Shown here: one piece after another, positions 7,861-17,327 of the stretch
Numbering within the stretch: position 1 is the first letter of the stretch
Layout of the letters: every line of letters begins with the position of its first letter
Source: Promethearchaeota archaeon
GTDB taxonomy: Archaea > Asgardarchaeota > Lokiarchaeia > Sigyniarchaeales > SOKP01
Assembly (NCBI GenBank): GCA_048941265.1
Contig: JBHLNT010000048.1
Location: 1 to 26,283 of the forward strand
Length of the DNA: 26,283 nt
Reading direction: 5' to 3'
The notes under the pieces: generated by a model
What the model was told of the DNA's origin: nothing
Seen by the model: only the letters and a program-made list of their open reading frames with translations
Databases searched by the model: none
Position numbers and translations under genes: made by a program

Positions 7861-9360
7861 ATGATAAACAATCTTCATAATTTGGGATCTCCGTCAGAAT
7901 TTTGGGACTATTTTGAAAAAATCTCTAAAATCCCGCATTGTAGTGGCAATGAGGGTAAGGTTAGAGAATTTATAAGAAATGAAGCAGAAAAATTCAATTT
8001 TGAGACCAAAATCGATAAAGCTGGAAATATTTTAATAATAATACCCTCAAAAAAAGAAAAAAAAACTATTATAATTATACAAAGCCATATGGACATGATT
8101 TGCGAGAAGAATAAAGATGTTGAACATGATTTCTCTAAAGATCCCCTAAAACTAAAGGTCATTAATCTTGATGGTAAAAAATGGCTTACTGCTGAAGGAA
8201 CTACTTTAGGAGCTGACAATGCGACAGGTATGGCATATTCTTTAACATTAATGAAAAAAATTTACAACGGTGAATTAATTTTTGAAGAGTTGGAAATAGA
8301 TTTATTATTTACAGTAGGTGAAGAATCTGGTATGTTTGGAGCAATGCAAATTGATAAAGGACTATTAAGAAGTAATTCATTAATAAATCTTGATTCGGTC
8401 AGAGAAAATATAATTACGATAGGTTGCGTTGGAGCTTTAATTACATATATAGAAATTAAGGCTGATGTAGTAAATATCAATCAAATAGAAGATAATTTAA
8501 GTCCTTTAAAAATAAAAATAACTGGTTTGCTCGGGGGACATTCAGGGGGTGATATTCACAGAGGGCGTGCAAATGCTATAAAACTTATTGCTAAGATATT
8601 AGGGGAATTAAATAATAAGTTTTCAATTCGTGTCAAAACTATAGATGGTGGTAGTGAACATCGCAATGTTCTACCAAGAGAAGCTACAGCAGTTATTTAT
8701 ATTAAAAACGATGAGATTCAACAAGTTCAAGGTTTTTTAAATAATCTAATATCAGAAATAGAGAAACAATTTTCAAAAATTGAGCAAAATATGGATATAT
8801 CATTTCTAAAAACGGAGCATTATTCTGAAGCTTTTGTTTTTTCTAAGGTATTTCAAGATAAATTTTTAAAGGTCTTAAACTCATTTCCTCATGGTCCCAT
8901 TTCAATGCATCCTAAATTCGATGATTTAGTGCATACATCAACAAATCTAGCTTTCATTATTACTAAAAAAAACCGTATTAAAATTGATACAATGCAGAGA
9001 AGTTTTGAAAATACCTCCTATAGAGAAGTATCTGAAAAAATTATTAATTTATTTGAAGATGGTAGTATAAAAATAAGATCCAGACAAACGGGAGGCTTTG
9101 GAGAATGGAATCCTAATTTTGATTCACCATTGCTAAAACTTACTAAAGAAACATATGAAGAATTATCGATGGAAAATATAATCATTACGGCAGTTCATGT
9201 AAACTTAGAACCTGGAGTATTCAGATTGAATTACCCAGAACTCGATATGATTACAATAGGACCTACTATTGATGCTCTGCATTCTCCTGATGAACGTTTG
9301 GATATTCAGAGTGTTGAGAACTTTTGGAATATATTCATGCATTTACTAAAGAAATTCTAG
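7861..9360 (+). CDS. pepD: Aminoacyl-histidine dipeptidase PepD-like (peptidase M20C)
   Basis: QSHMDMI, GTTLGADN, GEESGM, NLDS, GGHSG.DIH.GRANAIK, TSTNL, HSPDE motifs. Confidence 0.88.
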   Translation: MINNLHNLGSPSEFWDYFEKISKIPHCSGNEGKVREFIRNEAEKFNFETKIDKAGNILIIIPSKKEKKTIIIIQSHMDMICEKNKDVEHDFSKDPLKLKVINLDGKKWLTAEGTTLGADNATGMAYSLTLMKKIYNGELIFEELEIDLLFTVGEESGMFGAMQIDKGLLRSNSLINLDSVRENIITIGCVGALITYIEIKADVVNINQIEDNLSPLKIKITGLLGGHSGGDIHRGRANAIKLIAKILGELNNKFSIRVKTIDGGSEHRNVLPREATAVIYIKNDEIQQVQGFLNNLISEIEKQFSKIEQNMDISFLKTEHYSEAFVFSKVFQDKFLKVLNSFPHGPISMHPKFDDLVHTSTNLAFIITKKNRIKIDTMQRSFENTSYREVSEKIINLFEDGSIKIRSRQTGGFGEWNPNFDSPLLKLTKETYEELSMENIIITAVHVNLEPGVFRLNYPELDMITIGPTIDALHSPDERLDIQSVENFWNIFMHLLKKF

Positions 9361-9397
9361 ATAAAAAGAGCTAATATTAAAATTGGTTAAATGAAAT

Positions 9398-9823
9398 TTA
9401 ACTATCTTTTTTAAGATTTATATATTCAAAAACATCATTAAAATCTGATAAATCAAATGGTTTTGTTATAAACCCATCTGCTTTAGTCTCTAAAGTTTTT
9501 ATAGAAATTTCAGATTGAGATGTTCCAGTCAAATAATAGACAAGAATATCTTTATGTTTTTCACTTGATTTAATATTTTTACAAAATTCATATCCATTGA
9601 TATCGGGCATATTTACATCTAGAAATATTAATCTTGGCTTGTTATTATTTAATTCATTCATCGCACTTGGATAATCTCTCACAGCATTACATTTATACCC
9701 TTTCAATGTAAACATCTTAGTAAGTAACTCAATTATATACTTACTATCGTCAACTATTAAAATATCGTAAGGAGCTTTATTTAGGCTATTTTTAAAAGTC
9801 AACTTTCTCACAAATCTATTCAT
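9398..9823 (-). CDS. Single-domain response regulator receiver (CheY-like)
   Basis: ILIVDD, FLDVNMPDINGYE (phospho-Asp), LTG, KPF motifs; no output domain. Confidence 0.92.
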   Translation of the reverse strand: MNRFVRKLTFKNSLNKAPYDILIVDDSKYIIELLTKMFTLKGYKCNAVRDYPSAMNELNNNKPRLIFLDVNMPDINGYEFCKNIKSSEKHKDILVYYLTGTSQSEISIKTLETKADGFITKPFDLSDFNDVFEYINLKKDS

Positions 9824-9855
9824 TCTATCAAATTCATATTTCTAGCTTAATGATT

Positions 9856-9867
9856 CTTATTTAAATT
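9856..9867 (-). promoter_or_regulatory. Putative TATA element AATTTAAATAAG of the receiver gene
   Basis: Lies 32 nt upstream of ATG 9823; an identical 12-mer is at 11042-11053. Confidence 0.55.
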
Positions 9868-9941
9868 TGAGTTTTTGAAAAATATTATTAAGACACACTA
9901 TTGATAATAGCCTAAAAAAGTCCAAAAAATGATTAAAATAA

Positions 9942-11009
9942 TTAAAATTTTCTTTCTGCTACAAATTTTAGCAAACTCTCAAAAAATTCTGCCTCTGAAT
10001 GGTTAATAACAAGCATTAATTCTTCTAAAGCAGATTTTGCCTCTCTATAATATTTATTAGCTAAATCTTTACAAGAGTTAATCGCATCTGCTTCTTGGAA
10101 TAATTCTTTTACATGCAAAACATCCGCTTCTTCCATCTCCGACTTTTCAATTAAGTTCTCAAGTATCTTTCTTTTATTTTTTTCTAATTTATTAAGCGAT
10201 TCAATCAACAAACAAGTCTTTTTCCCCTCTCGAATATCACCATCGGTGGGTTTGCCTGTAACTTTTTCATCTCCAAAGGTGCCCAATATATCATCAATTA
10301 TCTGAAATATAATTCCTAAATTCATACCGTAAGTGGAAAGTAATTGTTTATATTTATCTTCCACCTCAGCATAGGTCGCTCCTATCATGATTGATTTCTC
10401 AATTAAAGCACCTGTCTTAAGAGAGATCATTTCAATATAATCTTGGATCTGTAGATCTTTTTGGTTTACCATATCAATTTCGATAAGTACCCCATCACTT
10501 ATTTCAATAAACGCTTGTTCATAACATTCAATTGCCTTGATATTCAAGAGTTTATCAAAATCATTAAAGAGAAACGCTTCTAAACCAATAAAGAAAGCAG
10601 AATCACCTCCAATGATGCCGATACTTGTTCCAAAATCATCCGCAATCATTTTTTTTAAGCTATATTTTGCATGTAATTTTTTGAATCTGTAATGAAATGC
10701 TGGTTTTCCACGCCTGAAATCATCTTTATCTATAATATCATCATGTACTAAGGAAGCATTATGAAGGAATTCAACCCCTACACTTGGAATTATAATTTCA
10801 TCTCCTTTTCCCTCTTTGAAAGCGTTATATGTGGCGACACATAGTAAAGGACGAATTCTTTTACCTCCTGATAAGAAATAGTCTTTTAATTCTGAATAAT
10901 AGGTGTTTAAGAAATTGTTTTTAACGTTTCCTAATTTTTTATCATAAATTGAGGCTATCGCCTCATTAATCTTCTTTGTATAAATTTTTGCATATTCAGT
11001 AAAAATTAT
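9942..11009 (-). CDS. Trans-polyprenyl diphosphate synthase (IspA/IdsA family), about 355 aa, probable non-canonical ATA start
   Basis: The frame stays open upstream of the track's ATG (10649) to a TGA at 11016-11018. The extension encodes GGKRIRP and the first Asp-rich motif HNASLVHDDIIDKDDFRRG. KT and FQIIDDILG lie downstream. Confidence 0.9.
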   Translation of the reverse strand: MIFTEYAKIYTKKINEAIASIYDKKLGNVKNNFLNTYYSELKDYFLSGGKRIRPLLCVATYNAFKEGKGDEIIIPSVGVEFLHNASLVHDDIIDKDDFRRGKPAFHYRFKKLHAKYSLKKMIADDFGTSIGIIGGDSAFFIGLEAFLFNDFDKLLNIKAIECYEQAFIEISDGVLIEIDMVNQKDLQIQDYIEMISLKTGALIEKSIMIGATYAEVEDKYKQLLSTYGMNLGIIFQIIDDILGTFGDEKVTGKPTDGDIREGKKTCLLIESLNKLEKNKRKILENLIEKSEMEEADVLHVKELFQEADAINSCKDLANKYYREAKSALEELMLVINHSEAEFFESLLKFVAERKF

Positions 11010-11014
11010 TGTTA

Positions 11015-11053
11015 ATCACCTAACGTATTCAATCATATATCCTTATTTAAATT
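11015..11053 (-). promoter_or_regulatory. TATA element (11042-11053) and SD-like AGGTGAT (11015-11021) upstream of the polyprenyl synthase
   Basis: Minus strand reads AATTTAAATAAG-N20-AGGTGAT-TAACA-ATA. Confidence 0.6.
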
Positions 11054-11183
11054 CTGCTTTCTAAAAAAAAGATTGGTTTTTGCATTATTTAATTATTTAA
11101 AAATATTCAAATTAAATCCAAATTTATCGAATTTATTAATAAGATTCACACATAGAAGCATAATAAAAGCAATTGAGTAAAAA

Positions 11184-13046
11184 ATGAGAAATGAAAAATT
11201 TGGCAAAATTTTAGAAGTTAATCTCGAGAGTAAAACTTTTGACGAGAAAAATATATACAGGGATGATGTTAAAACTTTTTTAGGAGGTCCTGGATTTGCA
11301 ATTGATTATTTAATGAAGAAAAAAGTATTTAAATTTGATCCTATAAGTGAGCATAATCCTTTAATTTTAATGACAGGGTTGCTAACAGGCACTTCATTTC
11401 CATGCTCAGGTTTTTACTCTGTATCAGCGAGATCGCCATTAACCAACATTTATGGAGAAGGTTTATCAGGTGGTTTTTTCGGAGCAGAATTAAGAAAGAC
11501 CTTAAATGGAATTATTATTGAAAATAAAGCAGAGTCTCCCGTGTATTTGAAAATAGAAGATGATCACTATGAATTGAAAGATGCTTCTGATCTATGGAGA
11601 TTAACTACAGGGATGGTCATACAAAATTTACGATCTGAATTAGGAAAAGAATATAAAGTCACATGTATTGGACCTTCCGGGGAACAAATGATACCTTTAG
11701 CTTCTATAATCAATGATCACTTTAGAGCAGTTGGTAGAACAGGAATGGGTGCAGTTATGGGCTCAAAAAACTTAAAAGCCATAGCAGTAAAGAGTTCTAA
11801 AAAGATCGATTATTTTGATGAAGAAAAATTCAACAAAATTTCAAAATCAATATTTTTATCATTTAAACAATCTGCCATGGCAGATGTTTTAAAGAATTTT
11901 GGGACTAATAATATTGATTATTTTGAAAGACTGGCAGATGTACCTCACAAAAATTGGACTTTATCTAAATGGAGAGGAGTCAATGAAATATCTGGTTCTG
12001 TAGTGCTAGAAAGATTACACGTAAAAAATAGACCTTGCTATTTATGTCCTTTTAGTTGTGGACGAGAAATTGAAATAAAGGAAGGGCCTTATAAGATAAA
12101 AGATGCTGCTTGTTCTGAATACGAAACTACAGCGGCATTTGGATCTATGTGTTTAATCTCAGATGTAGAAGCAATAGCTTATATGAATCATCTTTGTAAC
12201 ACCATGGGAGTCGATACCATATCTGCAGGGTGCACAATAGCTTTTGCGATGGATTGTTATGAGAAAGGTATTTTAACCCAAAATGAGATTGGTTTTCCTT
12301 TAGAATGGGGGAATGCCAATACGGCAATCAAACTTTTAAATTTAATGTGCAAAAAAGAAGGAATTGGAAAAATTTTAAGCAATGGTTCTCGAAAGGCTTC
12401 TAAAATAATAGGAAAAGGCTCAGAGGAATTCCTAACTGAAATTAAAGGTTTAGAGGCTCCAATGCATGATCCACGTGCTATATTTCCATTGGGCTTACAA
12501 TATGCTACTTCTAATCGTGGTGCATGTCATCTAAGAGGTTTTGCAAATGATTTATATTCGGGATTTACCGGTTTTAATGAAACTTTAAAAATAACTAAAG
12601 AAAAACCAATCCGGGAAAGAACAATAGATAATCCAAAATTCGCGAGGGATGTTGCGATTTCCCAAAATTTATCAGAAATAAATAATGCATTAGGAATTTG
12701 TCGTCAAACAATTTCTTCAGGTTCTCAAATTGTAGAAAAACTGCTTGATTTAATAGTTGATGAAATCTATTTTTTAACAGAAATTAGGTTATCACTACCA
12801 GAGTTAATGGAAATTGGAGAAAGGATCTTCAATTTAAAACGTGTCTTTAATAATAGATGTGGAATTACGAAAAATGACGATAGAATTCCTCCAAGATTAA
12901 AATTTCCATTAGAAAAGGGTAGAGTAAAGGATAAAGTGCTAACTATTGATTTAATGCTAGAAGAATACTATAAATTTAGAGTTTGGGATGAAAATGGCGT
13001 ACCTACAAAGAACAAATTAATTGAACTGAAAATAGATGGTTATTAA
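11184..13046 (+). CDS. aor: Tungsten-dependent aldehyde:ferredoxin oxidoreductase family protein
   Basis: SPLT, GG.FG.EL, CIGPSGE, GRTGMGAVMGSKNLKAI, CYLCPFSC (4Fe-4S), EYET, G.DTIS, DPR, RGACH, distal LGIC, YY..R.WD..G.P motifs. Confidence 0.93.
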   Translation: MRNEKFGKILEVNLESKTFDEKNIYRDDVKTFLGGPGFAIDYLMKKKVFKFDPISEHNPLILMTGLLTGTSFPCSGFYSVSARSPLTNIYGEGLSGGFFGAELRKTLNGIIIENKAESPVYLKIEDDHYELKDASDLWRLTTGMVIQNLRSELGKEYKVTCIGPSGEQMIPLASIINDHFRAVGRTGMGAVMGSKNLKAIAVKSSKKIDYFDEEKFNKISKSIFLSFKQSAMADVLKNFGTNNIDYFERLADVPHKNWTLSKWRGVNEISGSVVLERLHVKNRPCYLCPFSCGREIEIKEGPYKIKDAACSEYETTAAFGSMCLISDVEAIAYMNHLCNTMGVDTISAGCTIAFAMDCYEKGILTQNEIGFPLEWGNANTAIKLLNLMCKKEGIGKILSNGSRKASKIIGKGSEEFLTEIKGLEAPMHDPRAIFPLGLQYATSNRGACHLRGFANDLYSGFTGFNETLKITKEKPIRERTIDNPKFARDVAISQNLSEINNALGICRQTISSGSQIVEKLLDLIVDEIYFLTEIRLSLPELMEIGERIFNLKRVFNNRCGITKNDDRIPPRLKFPLEKGRVKDKVLTIDLMLEEYYKFRVWDENGVPTKNKLIELKIDGY

Positions 13047-13070
13047 AAATAAAAAACGAAAAATAGTTAT

Positions 13071-14456
13071 TTATTGTAATTCTTTAGCTAATTTTTCATT
13101 TAGCACTCTTACTTGATTTTTTACTTCTTCTAATCTAGCACCTGTTAATGGATAAAGATACAGGAAAAACATACCTAATGCTATAAAAACTATCGGCACG
13201 ACACCTAGTAAAATTCTGAGTCCTAATTCACCGAGTGGTGTTATTGTTGATGGACTCACGTTTTCCCGATTTATTTGAAAGACTGTAAGGACTATACCCA
13301 ATACGAGCCAACTAATAGCGTTTGAAGATTTTACGATAACGCCCGAGACACCATTAAAGATTCCCTCCCTTCGTTCATTTGTTTTTGTATGATCTTCATC
13401 TATAACGTCACTTAATAAAACTGTAGGAAAAATCATTAAACCACCTAAGCCAAATCCCGCAATCAAAAGAACTATCAACATAGTAGTAGCGTTATAAACA
13501 AGAAATATTAATGGAAACGTCAAACAAAAACACAGCATAGATATAAACAATGCGGAACGCGTTCCCTTTTTCTCTGCTATTTTTATCCAAACATATAATC
13601 CGGGAATAACAACGCAAAAAATAAGAAGCATTTGAATAGCCCATTCAGAGGAACCCATACCTAAAACTCCTTCAAAAAATAACGGAAGCCCTGAAAGCAC
13701 AACTGAATAAGAAAGTTGTAATAGAAATTGAACAAGAATAAAACAAACAAAGCTCCTACTTTTCAAAGAGATCCTCATTGATTTTAAAAAACCTATTTTA
13801 TTCTCCTTGATTGTTTGGTATTCTTTTCGCTCCTTTATGAAGATTAATGTTGGTAGCATAGTCAAAGCTGTAACCAAACCGAGAATTAACCCCATTAATG
13901 AAAAACCGAACATAGGATCACTAAAAGATCCTGCTATTAAAGGAGCAATAGCAAGTCCGAGAATTAATCCTATTACACCAAAAATCTCTTTAAATCTTGA
14001 GATAGCTAATCGTTCATTTTGATCTAAGGTCAATTCGGGGTACAAAGCAAACCAAAGAGTAATTACCATAGTTACAAAAGTTTCGTATAAGACCAGCATT
14101 GTTATCAAATAAATAGTGCATATTAGGGGGTCATTTATCGGAGGTGTATAAATTAAATAAGAGCAGATTACTAAAGGTACCAAACCGAATGCAATGAATG
14201 GTTTTCTTCTGCCCCAGCGACTTCTTGTAATATCTGAAATATGACCGATTAGTGGTTCATTAAGTGCATCCCATATTCCATACACCAATAATATTAAACT
14301 AATTCCAAGAGGAGACAGTGGTACTCCAAGATATAGAAAGTAATAAGCATAAAGAAGAAGGATAGATGCCTGCCCAATTGCTAGACTCCCAACATTAGCC
14401 ACTGCCCATGATATTTTCTTTCCAGTTGGTACATGATCTTCACTCATAATCATCAC
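13071..14456 (-). CDS. MFS transporter, glycoside-pentoside-hexuronide (MelB-like) family
   Basis: WDALNEPLIGHISD.TRSRWGRRKPF, PELT....ER, DVIDED.....RREG motifs; about 12 TM segments. Start is GTG 14456 or a nearby ATG. Confidence 0.92.
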   Translation of the reverse strand: MMIMSEDHVPTGKKISWAVANVGSLAIGQASILLLYAYYFLYLGVPLSPLGISLILLVYGIWDALNEPLIGHISDITRSRWGRRKPFIAFGLVPLVICSYLIYTPPINDPLICTIYLITMLVLYETFVTMVITLWFALYPELTLDQNERLAISRFKEIFGVIGLILGLAIAPLIAGSFSDPMFGFSLMGLILGLVTALTMLPTLIFIKERKEYQTIKENKIGFLKSMRISLKSRSFVCFILVQFLLQLSYSVVLSGLPLFFEGVLGMGSSEWAIQMLLIFCVVIPGLYVWIKIAEKKGTRSALFISMLCFCLTFPLIFLVYNATTMLIVLLIAGFGLGGLMIFPTVLLSDVIDEDHTKTNERREGIFNGVSGVIVKSSNAISWLVLGIVLTVFQINRENVSPSTITPLGELGLRILLGVVPIVFIALGMFFLYLYPLTGARLEEVKNQVRVLNEKLAKELQ

Positions 14457-14476
14457 TTAGTAAAAAATAGAAATAA

Positions 14477-14517
14477 TAATATGTAAAAAGTTAAAAGGCT
14501 TTAAAATTTACATATTA
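14477..14517. promoter_or_regulatory. 11-bp inverted repeat over the GPH transporter promoter region (candidate operator)
   Basis: TAATATGTAAA-N19-TTTACATATTA, perfect arms. Confidence 0.45.
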
Positions 14518-14679
14518 AACTTAACCACAATATTAAGTTAAATAAAAGGTTATAAATTAATAGATTATCACCGATTTCTGAAATAATCTTGAATTTTTTG
14601 TATGCAATTAAAATAAATTATCAAAAATTTATGAGATCATTATGGATTTCCCTATAATCCATCATTTTTATCTTACTAA

Positions 14680-16194
14680 TTAATTTTTTCTATTTCTTTT
14701 CTTTTTATTCCTCTTCTTTTGATTTTTAATAAATGACTTTTTAATTATATTAATCGAAATGTGGGCATTTAACCATGAGGTCATTCTTATTGGATTCAGC
14801 ATAAATAATAAACCGCGTGTTCTAAGGATTTTTAAGGAGATTCCCCTCAATTTATATAAAGTTCTAATTTGCCTAAAAGAGTAATATAGCAGTTCCTGTA
14901 ATTCTTTTGGGGTTAATCGGTAAGTTCTAATTACAGGATTAGTAAATGTATATTTAGACCAATCTTTAGTGATGATTAATTTTTTTTCCTCTAACTCTTT
15001 CGTAAGTTCGGTACCCGGAATTGGAGTTAATATATTGGAAGCGAGAATATCCACATCAATTTTTTGTATCAATTTTATCTCATCTATTATCTCTTTTTTT
15101 GTCGCGTTTAAATCAGAGCCAATTATGATAGATCCCTGGATGATTATATTATTATCGTTTAATATTTTAAGTGCTTTTAAGATTTTATTAAATGTTAACC
15201 CTTTTTTCATTTCTCTAAGAGTTTGCTCATTAACACTTTCAATTCCAATTTCGACTCCCCAAAATCCTGCTTCAGCCATTTTTTTTACCATTTGAGGAGA
15301 TTTTACTATGGAATCTGCTCGTACTTGAGCAAGAAATTTAAAATCATTCATTTCTTTTTTTGTTTTACACTCAATTATTTGTTCACAAAGCCTTTCAATT
15401 CTTATTGTATCAGCCGTAAAATTATCATCGACAAAAAAAATATCTGTAATTCTTCGGTTTTGTGAAATCATTTTTAATTCATTTATTATTTTTTCAACTG
15501 GTCGTGGTCTCCATAATCCTTTATTAAAAATAGGTGTGTAACAAAACTTACAGTGATGAGGACAGCCTCGTGAAGTTTGTAGTGTTTCAAATCTTAAATT
15601 TACTATCCTATATTTATTATTTTTTGTGAGATTTCTAGCAGGATATCTAATGTTTCCAAAATCTTTAATTATCGCCCTATCGGGATTATGTATGATTTTC
15701 CCATTAGATTTGTAAGAAATTCCCTTAACATTTTCAGGAGTTCCTTTCAGGATTAATTCTCTAAATGTTAATTCTCCCTCTCCTCTAACAATAATATCAA
15801 TTTCATTTACCTTTAAAGTTTCTTCTGTTTCAACCGTAGGATGCCGACCTCCAAGTACAACTAAGCAATTTTGATTAATCTCTTTTGTTATTTTTGCAAT
15901 ATTATAACAAATATTAATTACAGCAGAGATAAAAACTGTAATCCCTACTACATCTGGATTGAATTTTTTTATCTTTTTCTTTATTTGTTTATTATCCAAA
16001 TTATTTACTGTTGCATCAAGTATTTCCACTTCAACATCTAAATCGACTATATAACTCGCTATAAAGGTTAAATTTAATGGTGGTGTATCAAAACGCGTAA
16101 AATGAGTGGCAGTACTAATCGCACGTGAATTCGGTTTAATTAATAAGATCTTCTTCCATTTGAGATCTTTTTGAGTAGGATGTTCAATTTGCAT
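14680..16194 (-). CDS. Cobalamin-binding radical SAM protein
   Basis: N-terminal B12-binding-like domain (PPLNL, PDVVGIT, GGRHPT, GEGE); SRGCPHHCKFC (CxxxCxxC); FVDDNF; GIES; TPIPGT. Confidence 0.92.
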   Translation of the reverse strand: MQIEHPTQKDLKWKKILLIKPNSRAISTATHFTRFDTPPLNLTFIASYIVDLDVEVEILDATVNNLDNKQIKKKIKKFNPDVVGITVFISAVINICYNIAKITKEINQNCLVVLGGRHPTVETEETLKVNEIDIIVRGEGELTFRELILKGTPENVKGISYKSNGKIIHNPDRAIIKDFGNIRYPARNLTKNNKYRIVNLRFETLQTSRGCPHHCKFCYTPIFNKGLWRPRPVEKIINELKMISQNRRITDIFFVDDNFTADTIRIERLCEQIIECKTKKEMNDFKFLAQVRADSIVKSPQMVKKMAEAGFWGVEIGIESVNEQTLREMKKGLTFNKILKALKILNDNNIIIQGSIIIGSDLNATKKEIIDEIKLIQKIDVDILASNILTPIPGTELTKELEEKKLIITKDWSKYTFTNPVIRTYRLTPKELQELLYYSFRQIRTLYKLRGISLKILRTRGLLFMLNPIRMTSWLNAHISINIIKKSFIKNQKKRNKKKRNRKN

Positions 16195-16346
16195 ATAAAT
16201 TAATTTTCACATCTTTTAAGTTTAAAATATATTGAATTTGCACTATTTTGTAAACTAATTTGAAAATTAATAGCCTAATATATAAAAATTTATCCCATTA
16301 TCAAAATATTTTAAACGAAATATTTTTATAAAAAAAATTTAATATT

Positions 16347-17240
16347 TTAAGAATTTCTGAGATACTCTCGAATTTTTCGGTAGCCAATTATGTTTATATC
16401 GTGGTTTTCAACACATTCTTTTAGACGTGGATCTATAAACGCTTTATAATCTTGATCTCGCCAATTTGCTGAGTCCGGCGTTATTGCTTCTAATTCAGGA
16501 CTCATTTTTGCGGGATGAAATAAGAAATGTGTTAAACCTGGTTTTATTTCTGCCACACGTTTGCAATAATAATTAACTTTATCAGGGTAATCTCCAGTTG
16601 TATCTATAATCATATAATCCAATAATGGAGCACCACTTTCTTCAATTTTTGAAAACATCTTAATAATGGCGTCAGCAGAATCTCCTAATCCTATCTCAAT
16701 TAACATTTCCCGATTAACTCTTGGTAAAAAGGCAGATATCTTGAACTCTCGAGCCATTTTCAAATAGATTGGAAGAAATTTGGGATCCATAACTGTTCCC
16801 ATATGGGCGTCAATGTGAGTAATAGATATACCATTATCTAAAGCCATTTGAATTTGGGCCCGCATTTCTAGTTCAGCAGCCGCAACGGTTACATTCGAAA
16901 TGGCTTCCTCTGATGTACGCCAAAGGCATTTTTCTGAATCCAATAATCCTGATTTGAGATCTACAGAACTTAAAGCACGCCACCGATACAAATCATATTC
17001 ACAGGTAAAAGTTAAATGAATGCCTATGTCATATTTGGGTTTAGCTCTACAAATAGATGCTACTTCTAAAAACCAAGGGGCAGGGACAAGGATAGATCCA
17101 CAACTTGCAATTCCAAAATCCAAACATTCAAAAGAAGCTACATTTGAAGCATGAGAGAACCCCATATCATCAATATGGAATATGACGACTTTATCAGAAG
17201 CATCAAAACCAAGGTTTTCAATAAACGATCGATTTTTCAT
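16347..17240 (-). CDS. ChbG/HpnK/YdjC family carbohydrate deacetylase
   Basis: HIDDMG, GIHLT, THIDAHMG, FHP motifs; SD-like AGGGGA upstream. Confidence 0.88.
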   Translation of the reverse strand: MKNRSFIENLGFDASDKVVIFHIDDMGFSHASNVASFECLDFGIASCGSILVPAPWFLEVASICRAKPKYDIGIHLTFTCEYDLYRWRALSSVDLKSGLLDSEKCLWRTSEEAISNVTVAAAELEMRAQIQMALDNGISITHIDAHMGTVMDPKFLPIYLKMAREFKISAFLPRVNREMLIEIGLGDSADAIIKMFSKIEESGAPLLDYMIIDTTGDYPDKVNYYCKRVAEIKPGLTHFLFHPAKMSPELEAITPDSANWRDQDYKAFIDPRLKECVENHDINIIGYRKIREYLRNS

Positions 17241-17295
17241 CAGAAATCCCCTATTAACATTTCATTATTAATTAATCATATTAGAATTACTAAAA

Positions 17296-17327
17296 TAAAA
17301 GAAGATAAAAATTTATATCTTCTTTTA
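17296..17327. repeat. 12-bp perfect inverted repeat upstream of the deacetylase gene
   Basis: TAAAAGAAGATA-N8-TATCTTCTTTTA. Confidence 0.7.

Noticed and set aside
9942-10649. 235-aa ORF as the complete gene or a truncated pseudogene
   Set aside because: The frame continues intact upstream through the essential N-terminal motifs.
11016-11036. Selenocysteine or stop readthrough of the in-frame TGA after ATG 11036
   Set aside because: The TGA falls in a non-catalytic N-terminal position of a prenyltransferase, is explained as part of the SD AGGTGAT, and I saw no SECIS-like hairpin. The ATG is also probably too close to the TATA element to be transcribed.
14680-16194. Specific call as a GDGT ring synthase or lipid methylase
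   Set aside because: The visible motifs are shared by all B12-binding radical SAM enzymes; a specific call needs phylogeny.
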